Shown piece after piece: positions 18,452 through 27,800 of a DNA stretch of 32,000 nt (within the stretch, counting starts at the first letter, position 1; each line of letters opens with the position of its first letter). The translations under genes and the position numbers were made by a program. The stretch is from Longivirga aurantiaca. Lineage in GTDB: Bacteria; Actinomycetota; Actinomycetes; S36-B12; CAIYMF01. The stretch lies in NCBI RefSeq assembly GCF_042660085.1, contig NZ_JBHSTI010000058.1:16665-48664 (forward strand), given 5' to 3'. The notes beneath the pieces are model-generated. The model saw only the letters and a program-made list of their open reading frames with translations. It was not told where the DNA came from and made no database searches.

Positions 18452-19135
18452 GTGACGACCACGAGCAGGTCGAGCACGGCACGTGCCGACGGGCCGACGC
18501 GGGCGATGCCGGTCGCTGCAGCGCTGCGCGCCCCACGGCCGCGGCGCCGCCCGGGGCTGCTGGCCCTGGGCGTGGCCCTGGTCGCGGTGGGAGCGCTCGC
18601 GGCTGCGTGGCTGGTGTCGACCAGCAGCGCCCGCGTCGCTGTGCTGGTCGCGGCGCGCGACGTTCCCTATGGGACGGTCCTGACCGACGCCGACCTGTCG
18701 ACCGTCGAGGTCTCCGGCACGAGCGGGGTCGCCGTCATCCCGGCGGGCGAGCGTGACCAGGTCGTGGGCCAGGTCGCTGCGACGACGATCGTGGCCGGGT
18801 CGCTGCTGGCGCCCGCGCAGCTCACCGACGCAGCACCCCCGAAGGCGGGGGAGGTCCTGGTCGGTGTTCCGCTCAAGGCGGACCGGCTGCCCGCCGGTGG
18901 TCTGACGCCGGGGGACCGGGTCCTCATCGTCGAGACCCCTGGCGTGGACGGCGACCCGCCGATCGGGCTGCCCGCGACTCTGGCGGCGACTGTCGTGCGG
19001 GTCGGCCCGGCTGACCTGAACGGGGTGTCGGTGCTCGACGTCACGGTCGCGGCCGGGGACGGTCCGGCGCTGGCCTCGCGGGCCGCGACCGGGCGCATCG
19101 CGCTGGTGCTGCTGCCGCGGGTGGCCGGGTCATGA
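18452..19135 (+). CDS. SAF-domain protein, CpaB/RcpC-like pilus assembly protein
   Basis: TM then 'ARVAVLVAARDVPYGTVLTDADLSTVEV...IVAGSLLAPAQL', SAF domain; adjacent to tad genes. Confidence 0.85.
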   Translation: MTTTSRSSTARADGPTRAMPVAAALRAPRPRRRPGLLALGVALVAVGALAAAWLVSTSSARVAVLVAARDVPYGTVLTDADLSTVEVSGTSGVAVIPAGERDQVVGQVAATTIVAGSLLAPAQLTDAAPPKAGEVLVGVPLKADRLPAGGLTPGDRVLIVETPGVDGDPPIGLPATLAATVVRVGPADLNGVSVLDVTVAAGDGPALASRAATGRIALVLLPRVAGS

Positions 19136-19968
19136 CCGTGATCGCGGTGTGTTCGGCCAAGGGTGCGCCCGGGGCGACCACCACCGCGCTGGCCCTGGCC
19201 CTGGCCTGGCCGCTGAACGGGGGCTCGGTGCTTCTGGTCGACGCCGACCCGGCCGGCGCGGATCTGGCCTCGGGCTACCTACAGGGCGCGACCGGGCCGG
19301 GCGCCGGAGCCGGCGCCGTCGCGACGGCACGCAGCGACCTGCTCGACGCGGTCCACGGTTCCGCGGTCGCGCTCGACGCGACCGGGTCCCGGCTCCTGCT
19401 CGCCGGGCCCGCACCGTTCCCGCCGACCAGGCCTGGTGCGGCCCCGGCCTGGTCGCGGCTGCGCGACCTCGACAGCACAGGCGAGGGGAGCTGGTCGGTC
19501 CTCGTCGACCTCGGACGACTGCCTGCCGGCGCTGACGCATCGCTGCTGGCGGCCGCGGACCTCGTGGTGCTCGTGACCGGGTCGTCGTTGCGCGCGGTCG
19601 CGGCAGCACGCCCCGCCGCGAAGGCGATGCGCACAGCCGAGCCGGCACACTCGTCGTCGCCGCGGGGGTGGCTGCTGGTCGTCGGGGAGCGACGCCCGTA
19701 CCCGGCCGATGAGGTCGCATCCTCCCTGGGGCTGCCGCTGCTCGGATCGCTGGCCTGGGATCCGCGGGCGGCGGCGGTGCTCAGCGACGGCGCGCCTGCC
19801 GGGCGGTGGTTCGCCCGCACCGCGCTGATGCGTTCCGCGACCGCAGTGACCGCTCGGCTCCGCGACAGCGCCGAGCGTCGCACGCCGTTGTCCGCCCCGA
19901 CGTCCGACGAGTCGCTGCTGCACACCTCCGTAACGGCCCCCGACGCGGCGACGGTGGTGGGCTCGTGA
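19132..19968 (+). CDS. MinD/ParA-like ATPase, TadZ/CpaE-like
   Basis: 'MTVIAVCSAKGAPGATTTALALALAWPLNGGSVLLVDADPAGADLASG' deviant Walker A and 'VLLVDADP'. Confidence 0.85.
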   Translation: MTVIAVCSAKGAPGATTTALALALAWPLNGGSVLLVDADPAGADLASGYLQGATGPGAGAGAVATARSDLLDAVHGSAVALDATGSRLLLAGPAPFPPTRPGAAPAWSRLRDLDSTGEGSWSVLVDLGRLPAGADASLLAAADLVVLVTGSSLRAVAAARPAAKAMRTAEPAHSSSPRGWLLVVGERRPYPADEVASSLGLPLLGSLAWDPRAAAVLSDGAPAGRWFARTALMRSATAVTARLRDSAERRTPLSAPTSDESLLHTSVTAPDAATVVGS

Positions 19969-21425
19969 CCGAGCAGCTGCGCGCCGGGCAGGTCGACGAC
20001 CTCGACGCCCCCGCGCTTCACGCGTGGCCCGAACCCGAACCGCCCGCAGCCGACCCGGGCGTCGGGTTGTCCGTCGATCACGGGCTGGTCCGTGAGCTGC
20101 GCCGCGAGGCCGCCGAACGCCTCGCCGCCCGCCTGCAGGCGAACCCGCTGACAGACGCGACGGCCCGCCAGGAGCTGTGCCGCTCCCTGCTCGCCGATGT
20201 CCTAACGGCCCGGTCCCGCGACGCGGCCCGCGCGGGCGCCCCGGGGTGGAGCGTGGAGGAGGAGTTCGCGCTCGCCGACGCGGTCATGTCGGCGCTGTTC
20301 GGCCTGGGACGGCTGCAGCCGCTGGTCGACGACCCGATGGTGGAGAACATCGAGGTCAACGGCCACGACCAGGTCTGGGTGTCCTATGCGGATGGCCGGG
20401 AGGAGCGCGGTCCCGCCGTTGCGGACTCCGACGCCGAGCTCCTCGAGCAGCTCCAGCACCTGGCCGCTCGGGTGGCGGGCAACGAACGCACGTTCACCAC
20501 TGCGAACCCGCGCTTGCACCTGCGCCTGGAGGACGGGTCCCGGCTGGCGGCGATGGCGTGGACGACACCGCGCCCTCAGGTGGTGGTGCGCCGCCACCGG
20601 GTCCGCGACGTCGACCTTGACGACCTCATCGCCCTCGGGATGCTGGACACCGCGCTGGTCGCGTTCCTGCGCGCGGCGCTGCGGTCGGGGAAGAACATCA
20701 TCGTCACCGGGCTGCAGAACGCGGGCAAGACCACGTTGATCCGGGCGTTGGCCAACGAGTTCGACCCGATGGAGCGGTTCGCGACGATCGAGCGGGAGTA
20801 CGAGCTGCACCTGCACGAGCTCCCCGACCGGCACCCCCGGGTGGTGGCGATGGAGGCCCGCGAGGGGTCCAGCGAACGCGACGCTTCGGGCCGCCGCGCG
20901 GGCGAGGTGACGCTGTCCGAGCTGGTGGTGGATGCGCTGCGGATGAACCTGCGCCGCATCATCGTCGGCGAGGTCCGCGGCAGCGAGGCCGTCCCGATGC
21001 TGGAGGCGATGTCGACCGGCGACGGGTCGCTGTGCACGATCCACTCCCGCACCGCCGCGCACGCCCTGGACCGCCTGGTCACCCTGTGCCTGTCCGCGGA
21101 CATCGGGATGACCGACACGTTCGCCTACCGCCTGGTCGCAGGCTCCGTGGACCTCATCGTCCACGCCCGGCTGCTAGACGAGACCCACATCGGGGGGCGG
21201 CGGCACCGGTTCGTGTCCGACATCGTGGAGATCAACGGGATGGGCGAGTTCGGCCGCCCCACCACCACGACCGTCTTCGCCCCCGGACCCGACGGGCGCG
21301 CCGCCCCCACCCACGCACCGGCATGCCTGCCGGAACTGATCAGAGCCGGGTTCGACCCCGGGTTCCTCGACCACCGCACCGGCACCTGGACCATGCCGCT
21401 GGACCTGGTCGGGGCACCGTCATGA
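19965..21425 (+). CDS. tadA: CpaF/TadA-type secretion ATPase
   Basis: GTG 19965; 'NIIVTGLQNAGKTTLIRALANE', 'LRMNLRRIIVGEVRGSEAVPMLEAMSTGDGSLCTIHSRT'. Confidence 0.96.
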   Translation: MTEQLRAGQVDDLDAPALHAWPEPEPPAADPGVGLSVDHGLVRELRREAAERLAARLQANPLTDATARQELCRSLLADVLTARSRDAARAGAPGWSVEEEFALADAVMSALFGLGRLQPLVDDPMVENIEVNGHDQVWVSYADGREERGPAVADSDAELLEQLQHLAARVAGNERTFTTANPRLHLRLEDGSRLAAMAWTTPRPQVVVRRHRVRDVDLDDLIALGMLDTALVAFLRAALRSGKNIIVTGLQNAGKTTLIRALANEFDPMERFATIEREYELHLHELPDRHPRVVAMEAREGSSERDASGRRAGEVTLSELVVDALRMNLRRIIVGEVRGSEAVPMLEAMSTGDGSLCTIHSRTAAHALDRLVTLCLSADIGMTDTFAYRLVAGSVDLIVHARLLDETHIGGRRHRFVSDIVEINGMGEFGRPTTTTVFAPGPDGRAAPTHAPACLPELIRAGFDPGFLDHRTGTWTMPLDLVGAPS

Positions 21426-22336
21426 CCGCCGTCCTGGCCGCGGTCACCGGCGCGATCCTTGTCGCCGGATTGCTGCTGGTAGTCGCCGGGCTGTTCCCCG
21501 CGCTCGCACCCGCACCGGTGCCGCGTCGCACTGCGACGACGCACCCGCGGCGGCTGCCGGCCGGGTCGACGGCGCGCGCCATCGTCGCGGTTCTGGGTGC
21601 GGCCGTGGCGTGGCTGGTCACCGGGTGGCCGGTCGCGGCGCTCATCGTCGCCGCAACCGTGTGGGGCCTGCCGATCCTGCTCGGGACCTCGACCGTCGCG
21701 GCCGCGGGTATCGACCGGATCGAGGCGCTGGAGGAATGGACGAGGCGCCTGTCCGACGTGCTGGTGGTCGGTGTCGGTCTCGAGCAGGGCATCGCCGCGA
21801 CCGTGCGCACCTGCCCGCAACGCCTGGAGGGCGAGGTGTCCGCGTTGGCGGCGCGGCTGGACGCGCGCTGGTCGACAGAGGCCGCGCTGCGCGCGTTCGC
21901 CGACGACCTCGACGACGCCACCGGCGATCTCGTCGTCGCGACGTTGATCCTGGGCGCCCGTCGTCGGGGCCCCGGCCTGGCACGGGTCCTGGCCGCGGTC
22001 GCGGACTCTGTCGCCGAGGAGGTCGCGATGCGCCGCCGGGTCGAGGCCGAGCGTGCCAAGCCCCGCACCACCGCCCGCGCGGTCACCGTCATCACCTTCG
22101 GCGTGGTCGCCGTCGGCGCGCTCAACGGCACCTACCTCGCCCCCTACGGCACCGTGCTCGGGCAGCTGGTGCTCGCGGTGATCGCGTGCGGGTTCATCGC
22201 CTCGCTGGCGTGGATGCGGGCGCTGACGTTGACCCGACCGCAGCCGCGGCTGTTCCAGCCCACCGGCTCGACGCGACTCGGCGACGCGGCAGGACTCACC
22301 AGCATGCCGGCCGTCGCTGTAAGGGGGGACTCGTGA
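21422..22336 (+). CDS. tadB: TadB-like type II secretion F-domain membrane protein
   Basis: TMs at N-terminus, 'RRLSDVLVVGVGLEQGIAATVRTCP...', 'VEAERAKPRTTARAVTVITFGVV'; 4-nt overlap with tadA. Confidence 0.9.
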   Translation: MTAVLAAVTGAILVAGLLLVVAGLFPALAPAPVPRRTATTHPRRLPAGSTARAIVAVLGAAVAWLVTGWPVAALIVAATVWGLPILLGTSTVAAAGIDRIEALEEWTRRLSDVLVVGVGLEQGIAATVRTCPQRLEGEVSALAARLDARWSTEAALRAFADDLDDATGDLVVATLILGARRRGPGLARVLAAVADSVAEEVAMRRRVEAERAKPRTTARAVTVITFGVVAVGALNGTYLAPYGTVLGQLVLAVIACGFIASLAWMRALTLTRPQPRLFQPTGSTRLGDAAGLTSMPAVAVRGDS

Positions 22337-23220
22337 TCGACCCGTGGGTGATCGCCGCCGGCGCGAGCGTGGGCGCGGGTGTCGCGGTGCTGATCCGCGC
22401 CCTGGTCCCCGACGTCCCCGACCTCGCTGCGGCCCTGGCCCGCCTGGACACCGCCGATCCCGAACCCGTCGCCGTGGTCGGGGCGTCGCGGTGGCATCGC
22501 ACCAGCACCAGCGTCTTCACCGACCTCGGTGCCCGTCTGCACCTGGACCGCTACGCCCGCGACCTCGCCCTGCTCGGCGAGACCCCGGCGACGCTGGCGG
22601 CGCGCAAGACCGGCTACGCGCTGCTCGGGCTGGCGTTCCCGCCGGTCCTGCTCGCCGCGGTCGCGCTGCTGGGCATCGTGCCCCCGATCGTCGTGCCCGC
22701 GGCGGTGTCGCTGCTGCTGGCGGCGGTGCTGTTCTGGGTGCCCGACGCGGACCTGCGCCGCCGCGCGCAGACCGAGCGGGACGCGATGCGCCTGGCGGTG
22801 TGCGCCTACCTCGAGTTCGTCGCCCTCGAGCGCGCCGGCGACGCCGGCACCGTGCAGGCTCTCGAGCGCGCCGCCTGGGTCGCCGATGCGCCGGGGTTCG
22901 TGCGGATCCGCGACGCCCTGACCCGCGCCGAGCTCGCCGGGCGCCCGCCGTGGGACGCGCTCGGCGACCTCTCGGAGCAGGTCGGCGTCCCCGAGCTCGG
23001 TGACCTCGCCGACATCATGCGCCTGTCCGGCACCGACGGCGCCGCCGTCTACGCCACCTTGCGCGCCCGCGCCGCCTCGCTGCGCCACCAGCTGCTGGCC
23101 GCGTCCGCGGCGGAGGCGAACGCCGCAAGCGAGCACATGATCATCCCCGTCGCCCTGCTGGGCATCGCCTTCATGGCCCTGATCGGCTACCCCGCCTTCG
23201 CCCGGATCCTGTTCTCCTAG
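22333..23220 (+). CDS. tadC: TadC-like type II secretion F-domain membrane protein
   Basis: GTG 22333; 'AVCAYLEFVALERAGDAGTVQALERAA...', 'AANAASEHMIIPVALLGIAFMALIGYPAFARI'; overlaps tadB. Confidence 0.88.
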   Translation: MIDPWVIAAGASVGAGVAVLIRALVPDVPDLAAALARLDTADPEPVAVVGASRWHRTSTSVFTDLGARLHLDRYARDLALLGETPATLAARKTGYALLGLAFPPVLLAAVALLGIVPPIVVPAAVSLLLAAVLFWVPDADLRRRAQTERDAMRLAVCAYLEFVALERAGDAGTVQALERAAWVADAPGFVRIRDALTRAELAGRPPWDALGDLSEQVGVPELGDLADIMRLSGTDGAAVYATLRARAASLRHQLLAASAAEANAASEHMIIPVALLGIAFMALIGYPAFARILFS

Positions 23221-23282
23221 AAACACGTCCCATCCCACCGTGCAACGCCCATGCACGCCGTACCGGACAGGAGCACCTCCCG

Positions 23283-23483
23283 ATGACCAGCACCCTGCTC
23301 GCCGCCCGCGTCCTGCTCGTCGGCCACCTCGCCCGCACCCGCCGCACCCTGCGCAATCGGGGTGAGGACGGTGTCTCGACCCTGGAGCTGGTGATCATCG
23401 TGCTCGGGCTCATCGCGGTCGCGACGCTGCTGGTCACCGCGATCACCCTGGCCGTCACCCGCCGCACCGACCAGATCAACTGA
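23283..23483 (+). CDS. Flp-like minor or major prepilin (66 aa)
   Basis: 'RGEDG|VSTLELVIIVLGLIAVATLLVTAITLAV': class III-like prepilin cleavage pattern G|xxxxE followed by a hydrophobic helix; sited immediately after tadC. Confidence 0.7.
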   Translation: MTSTLLAARVLLVGHLARTRRTLRNRGEDGVSTLELVIIVLGLIAVATLLVTAITLAVTRRTDQIN

Positions 23484-23500
23484 CCAGGCCCGCCGCAGCC

Positions 23501-23941
23501 ATGCCCGCCCGCCCACTGGCAGGAACCGTCGGCACCGCCCGGTGCCGTCGGTGGCATGCCCGGGGGCAGGACGGGTCGGTGAGCCTGGAGATCGCGATCC
23601 TCGCGCCCGCACTGCTGCTGCTGGTGTTCTCGATCGTCCAGGGCGGCCTGTGGTTCCACGCCCGCAACCTCGCCCAGGCCGCAGCGCAGGAAGGCGCCGC
23701 CGCGGGCGCTGCCTACAACTCGACCACCGGCGCGGCGGTGGCGCGGGCCCGGTCCTTCCTCACCGACCACGCCGGGGACTCGCTGACCGGGACGTCCGTC
23801 ACGGCCGCAGGCACCACAACCGCGTTCGTCCGGATCGAGGTGAGCGGCCGGGCGCTGTCGGTGCTGCCCGGTGTCCCCGGCCTGACCGTCACCCAGGACG
23901 CCCTCGTCCCGGTCGAGCGCTTCACCCCGGACATCCCATGA
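23501..23941 (+). CDS. tadE: TadE-like pseudopilin
   Basis: 'GQDG|SVSLEIAILAPALLLLVFSIVQGGLWFHARNLAQAAAQEGAAAGA'. Confidence 0.88.
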   Translation: MPARPLAGTVGTARCRRWHARGQDGSVSLEIAILAPALLLLVFSIVQGGLWFHARNLAQAAAQEGAAAGAAYNSTTGAAVARARSFLTDHAGDSLTGTSVTAAGTTTAFVRIEVSGRALSVLPGVPGLTVTQDALVPVERFTPDIP

Positions 23942-24414
23942 CCGGCAGACGCCCGGGACAGCGGCGCGCCGCTGACCACGCTCTGGGCGCGGCCCGCCGC
24001 GCCGACGCGGGGTCGGTGACCCTCGAGCTGTCGATCCTCGCTCCTGCCGTGCTGGTCCTGCTCGCCCTCGTCGTCGTCGCCGGCCGGCTGTCCATCGCGC
24101 ACCAGGCGGTCGACCACGCCGCCCAGACCGCCGCACGCGCCGCGACCCTGGCCCGCGACCCGGCGGCCGCCACCAGCACCGCGACCAGCGCCGCGCGCCG
24201 CGAGCTCGACACCGGCGACCTGCACTGCGCCACCGTGCGCGTCACCGTGGATACCAGCGGGTTCGCCGTCCCCGTCGGACGCCCGGCATCGGTCACCGCG
24301 ACCGTCACCTGCACGGTGTCGCTGTCCGGTCTCGCCGTGCCCGGCATGCCCGGATCGCGGCAGGTCACCGCGACGGCGACCAGCCCGCTGGACACCTACC
24401 GGGGCCGGTCATGA
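23938..24414 (+). CDS. Second TadE/TadF-like pseudopilin
   Basis: ATG 23938 (4-nt overlap); 'ADAG|SVTLELSILAPAVLVLLALVVVAGRLSIAHQAVDHAAQTAARAA'. Confidence 0.85.
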   Translation: MTGRRPGQRRAADHALGAARRADAGSVTLELSILAPAVLVLLALVVVAGRLSIAHQAVDHAAQTAARAATLARDPAAATSTATSAARRELDTGDLHCATVRVTVDTSGFAVPVGRPASVTATVTCTVSLSGLAVPGMPGSRQVTATATSPLDTYRGRS

Positions 24415-24857
24415 CCCCCCGACGTCCCACGCGGCACCGAAACGGCGGGCGCTGCGATGAGGGGTCGGCGACGGTATTCCTGTCCATCACCGTCCTCGGG
24501 CTGCTCGTCCTCATCGGCCTCGTCGTCGACGGCGGCGCCAAGATCCGCGGCATCCAACGCGCCGACGCCCTGGCCGCCGACGCCGCCCGCGTCGCCGGGC
24601 AGCGCATCGACGTCCCCGACGCCATCACCGGCCAGGACCCCACCCTGGACACCCGCGCCGCGACCGCAGCGGCCCGCGCCTACCTCACCGCCCGCGGCGT
24701 CACCGGGACCGTCACCACCACCGGAACCACCGTCACCGTGACCGTCACCGATTCGACCCCGACCGTGTTCCTCGGCCTCATCGGCATTCACACCCTCACC
24801 GTGAACGGGCGTGCCAGCGCCACCCTCGTCCCCGGCATCTCCGGAGCCGCACCATGA
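24411..24857 (+). CDS. TadG-like pilus assembly protein
   Basis: 'CDEGSATVFLSITVLGLLVLIGLVVDGGAKIRGIQRADALAADAARVAGQRID'; overlaps both neighbours by 4 nt. Confidence 0.85.
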   Translation: MTPRRPTRHRNGGRCDEGSATVFLSITVLGLLVLIGLVVDGGAKIRGIQRADALAADAARVAGQRIDVPDAITGQDPTLDTRAATAAARAYLTARGVTGTVTTTGTTVTVTVTDSTPTVFLGLIGIHTLTVNGRASATLVPGISGAAP

Positions 24858-27800
24858 CCAGAGCCACCACCCTGGCGACCAGCCGAGGGGCAGAGTCCGT
24901 GACCCACGCCGGGCGCCGCCGGCGCGGCGCCGAGATCGTGCGCGCCGTGGCCGCCCTGCTCGTGCTCGCAGCGCTCATCGTCGGCATTCCCGCACTGCTG
25001 CTCGTCGTCGCCCCGGCGCTGGACTGGCCCACCCTGTCTTGGCAGGCAATCACCTCCGCGCTGACCCGCCCCGACGACGGGCACCTCCTGCTGACCGCGC
25101 TGACGCTGCTGGCATGGGCTGCGTGGGCGGTGTTCGCCGTCTCCGTGGTCGTGGAGACGGTCGCGATGCTGCGCGGCCTGCCCACGCCACGACTCCCGCT
25201 GGCCGGTGCGCCACAGAAGCTCGCCGCGTCCCTTGTCGCCTCGGCCGCGATGCTCCTGGCCGCACCCAGCGGTACCGCACCCGGACACATCCCGCCTGTC
25301 CCGGCCGTCGCCGCAGACCCGGCACCAACCGGGTCGGCTTCGTCGGCCCAGCTCCCGACCTCGGCCCCGGCTACGGGGCGCCCTGCGGCGCAGCCGACGG
25401 CCGCCCCGACCTCGCCTCAGCCGCGGGCCGACCACGGCGCAGCCCGCGCGTCCGCATCCTCGACCTCGGTGCACGCCCATGCGAATGATCAGGTCCATCA
25501 GGCGGGCCGGGCTGCTCGCGACCTCACGATCACCGTCGTGCGTGGCGACACCCTCTGGGACCTCGCAGCCACTCACCTCGGCGACGGCGCACGCTTCCGC
25601 GAGATCGCCCGCCTCAACTACGGGCGCCCCCAGCACGACGGCCGCACCCTCACCGACACCCACTGGATCCACCCCGGCTGGGTCCTGCTCCTGCCCGAGC
25701 AGCACGCGGCCGCACCCGACACCGCCCACGCGCCGAAGCCGACGCCGCAACCGGCGACGCAGAACGGCGGCTCGGAGCACCGCACCTATGTGGTGCAGCG
25801 TGGCGACACGCTCTGGGACATCGCCGCCCACCAGCTCGGCGACCCCCTGCGCTACCGGGAAATCCACCAGCTCAACCGCGACCGCACCCAGCCCGACGGC
25901 CAGCACCTCGACGACCCCCGGCTCATCCAGCCCGGCTGGATCCTCCTGCTGCCCGCCCGTCACGACGCCGACCCGGCTCCTGGGACCGCACCGACGGCAC
26001 CACCCCGGACGCCCGAAGCGCCTCCCGTCGACGAGCCGGACGGTCGAGCACCGGTGATACCTGCCCCGACGACGCCGCGAGCTGTCACGGCCCCGCCCCA
26101 CCGCACCCCCGCAGTAGAGCCCGAGCGCACAGCCGCAGCGACGCCCGCCCCGACGGAGCCGAGTGCACAGCAGACAGCCACCCCGGCAGCGGAGGCCGAA
26201 GCCGGAGATGCGATCAGCAGGAGCTGGTCGCAGATCGTTCTCGGACTCACCGCCCTGACCGCCACCGGGTTTCTCGCCGAACTCGCCCGACGACGACGAC
26301 GCCAGCAGCAGCAACGCCGCCCCGGGCAGCGCCTCCCCCTGCCCACCGGGGACCCCGCCGCCGCGGAACGCATCCTGCGCAGCGCCCGGACTCCCGTCAC
26401 CCTCGACACCGTCGCGTCGGCACTGCAGCAGATGGCCGACGGCTGCCGCACCACAGGACGGCCCATGCCACGGCTTCTGGCCGTCCTCGTCGGCCAGCAC
26501 CAGCTCGACATCATCGTCGACGTGTCGATGGGGAACGGTGCCGCTGGCGACGAGCCTCCCCCTGCTGCACCGTTCACCAACGCGCCAGCCGGAGAGGCGC
26601 CCGTCGGCGACAACGTCGTTCTGTGGCGGCTCGACCCGACGGCGCTGGAAAGCGCACCCGGTGAGGATTCCGCGCCGTCGATGTCCGGGATCGTCGCCTA
26701 TCCCGCCCTGGTGACCCTCGGCACGGTCGAGGACCGCATGTTCCTGCTCAACCTCGAAGCGGCCGGCACCTTCGAGCTGGTTGGCGACGACCACGCGACG
26801 GCGGCAGTCCTTCGGACGCTGGGCGTCGAGCTGGCCACCAGCCCCCTCTCCGCGGCGTCCACGCTCATCCTCACCGACCATCTGCGCGACCTCGCCGACG
26901 TCGCCGATCCCGACCGCGTCGCCGCCGTCGACGACACCGCCGCTGCCCGTCGCGCGGACGTCCGGCTCGCCACCGTGCGCCAAGCGCTCGACGCTGAGGA
27001 CCTGCCCGACCTGCATGACGCGCGCTCGACCGGACGCGCACTGGACCACTGGGCTCCCGAGGTGCATCTGGGGCACGACAACGCCATCTGTCCGGCACCG
27101 TGGTCGGGTGTCGCCGTCGTCACGACCGCCAGCGCGTCACGGGAGAGCGCTACCGGGTGGATGATGCGCGTCCACGCCGACGCGGACGCCGTCCTCGAAC
27201 CGCTCGGCGTGCACATCGTCGCGTCCCGGCTCTCCGACACCGACTACGAATCCCTGCTCGCGCTGCTGGACGCCGCCAACCAGCAACCCGAGTACGTCAC
27301 CGAGGTTGCACCCGGCTGGGAACGGCCTGCGACCGGCTCGACCGCGCATATCGGCGAGTTGGACGAATCCGAGGAGGCCGACGACGTCGAGTCGCTCATC
27401 GAGCAGCTCATCTCGACCGCCCCGCTCGCCCTGAGATCACGGCGAGCTGCCGTCATAGCGGCCCTGCCCGACATCCCCGGCACGGCCGACGAGCGAGACC
27501 TCGAGCCGGACCCGGACACCCCCCGGATCATGCTGCTCGGCCGCGTCGACGTCGCCGGCGCCAGCACCCCCGCCACGGCGCGCCGAGGCCGCTCACTGGA
27601 GCTGCTCGCCTACCTCGCCCTGCACCCCGGCGCGAGTGCCAGCGAGCTCGACGACGCACTCTGGCCCGGCCAGCGCGTCACCTACGACATGCGGAACTCC
27701 CTCATCTCCCGAACCCGCACCTGGCTCGGCACCGACCACGACGGGCGGCCCTACCTCGAACACAGCAACAACTCCGGCCGCGGGTACCGGCTGCACCCGG

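Noticed and set aside
19806-19964. N-terminal extension of the TadA ORF upstream of 19965
   Set aside because: It overlaps the TadZ gene, and GTG 19965 gives the coupled start (GTGA) seen in the rest of the operon.
24788-27076. 762-aa minus-strand ORF opposite the LysM/BTAD gene
   Set aside because: Antisense open frame generated by high G+C third positions; low-complexity Arg/Gly/Ala translation, while the plus strand carries recognisable LysM domains.
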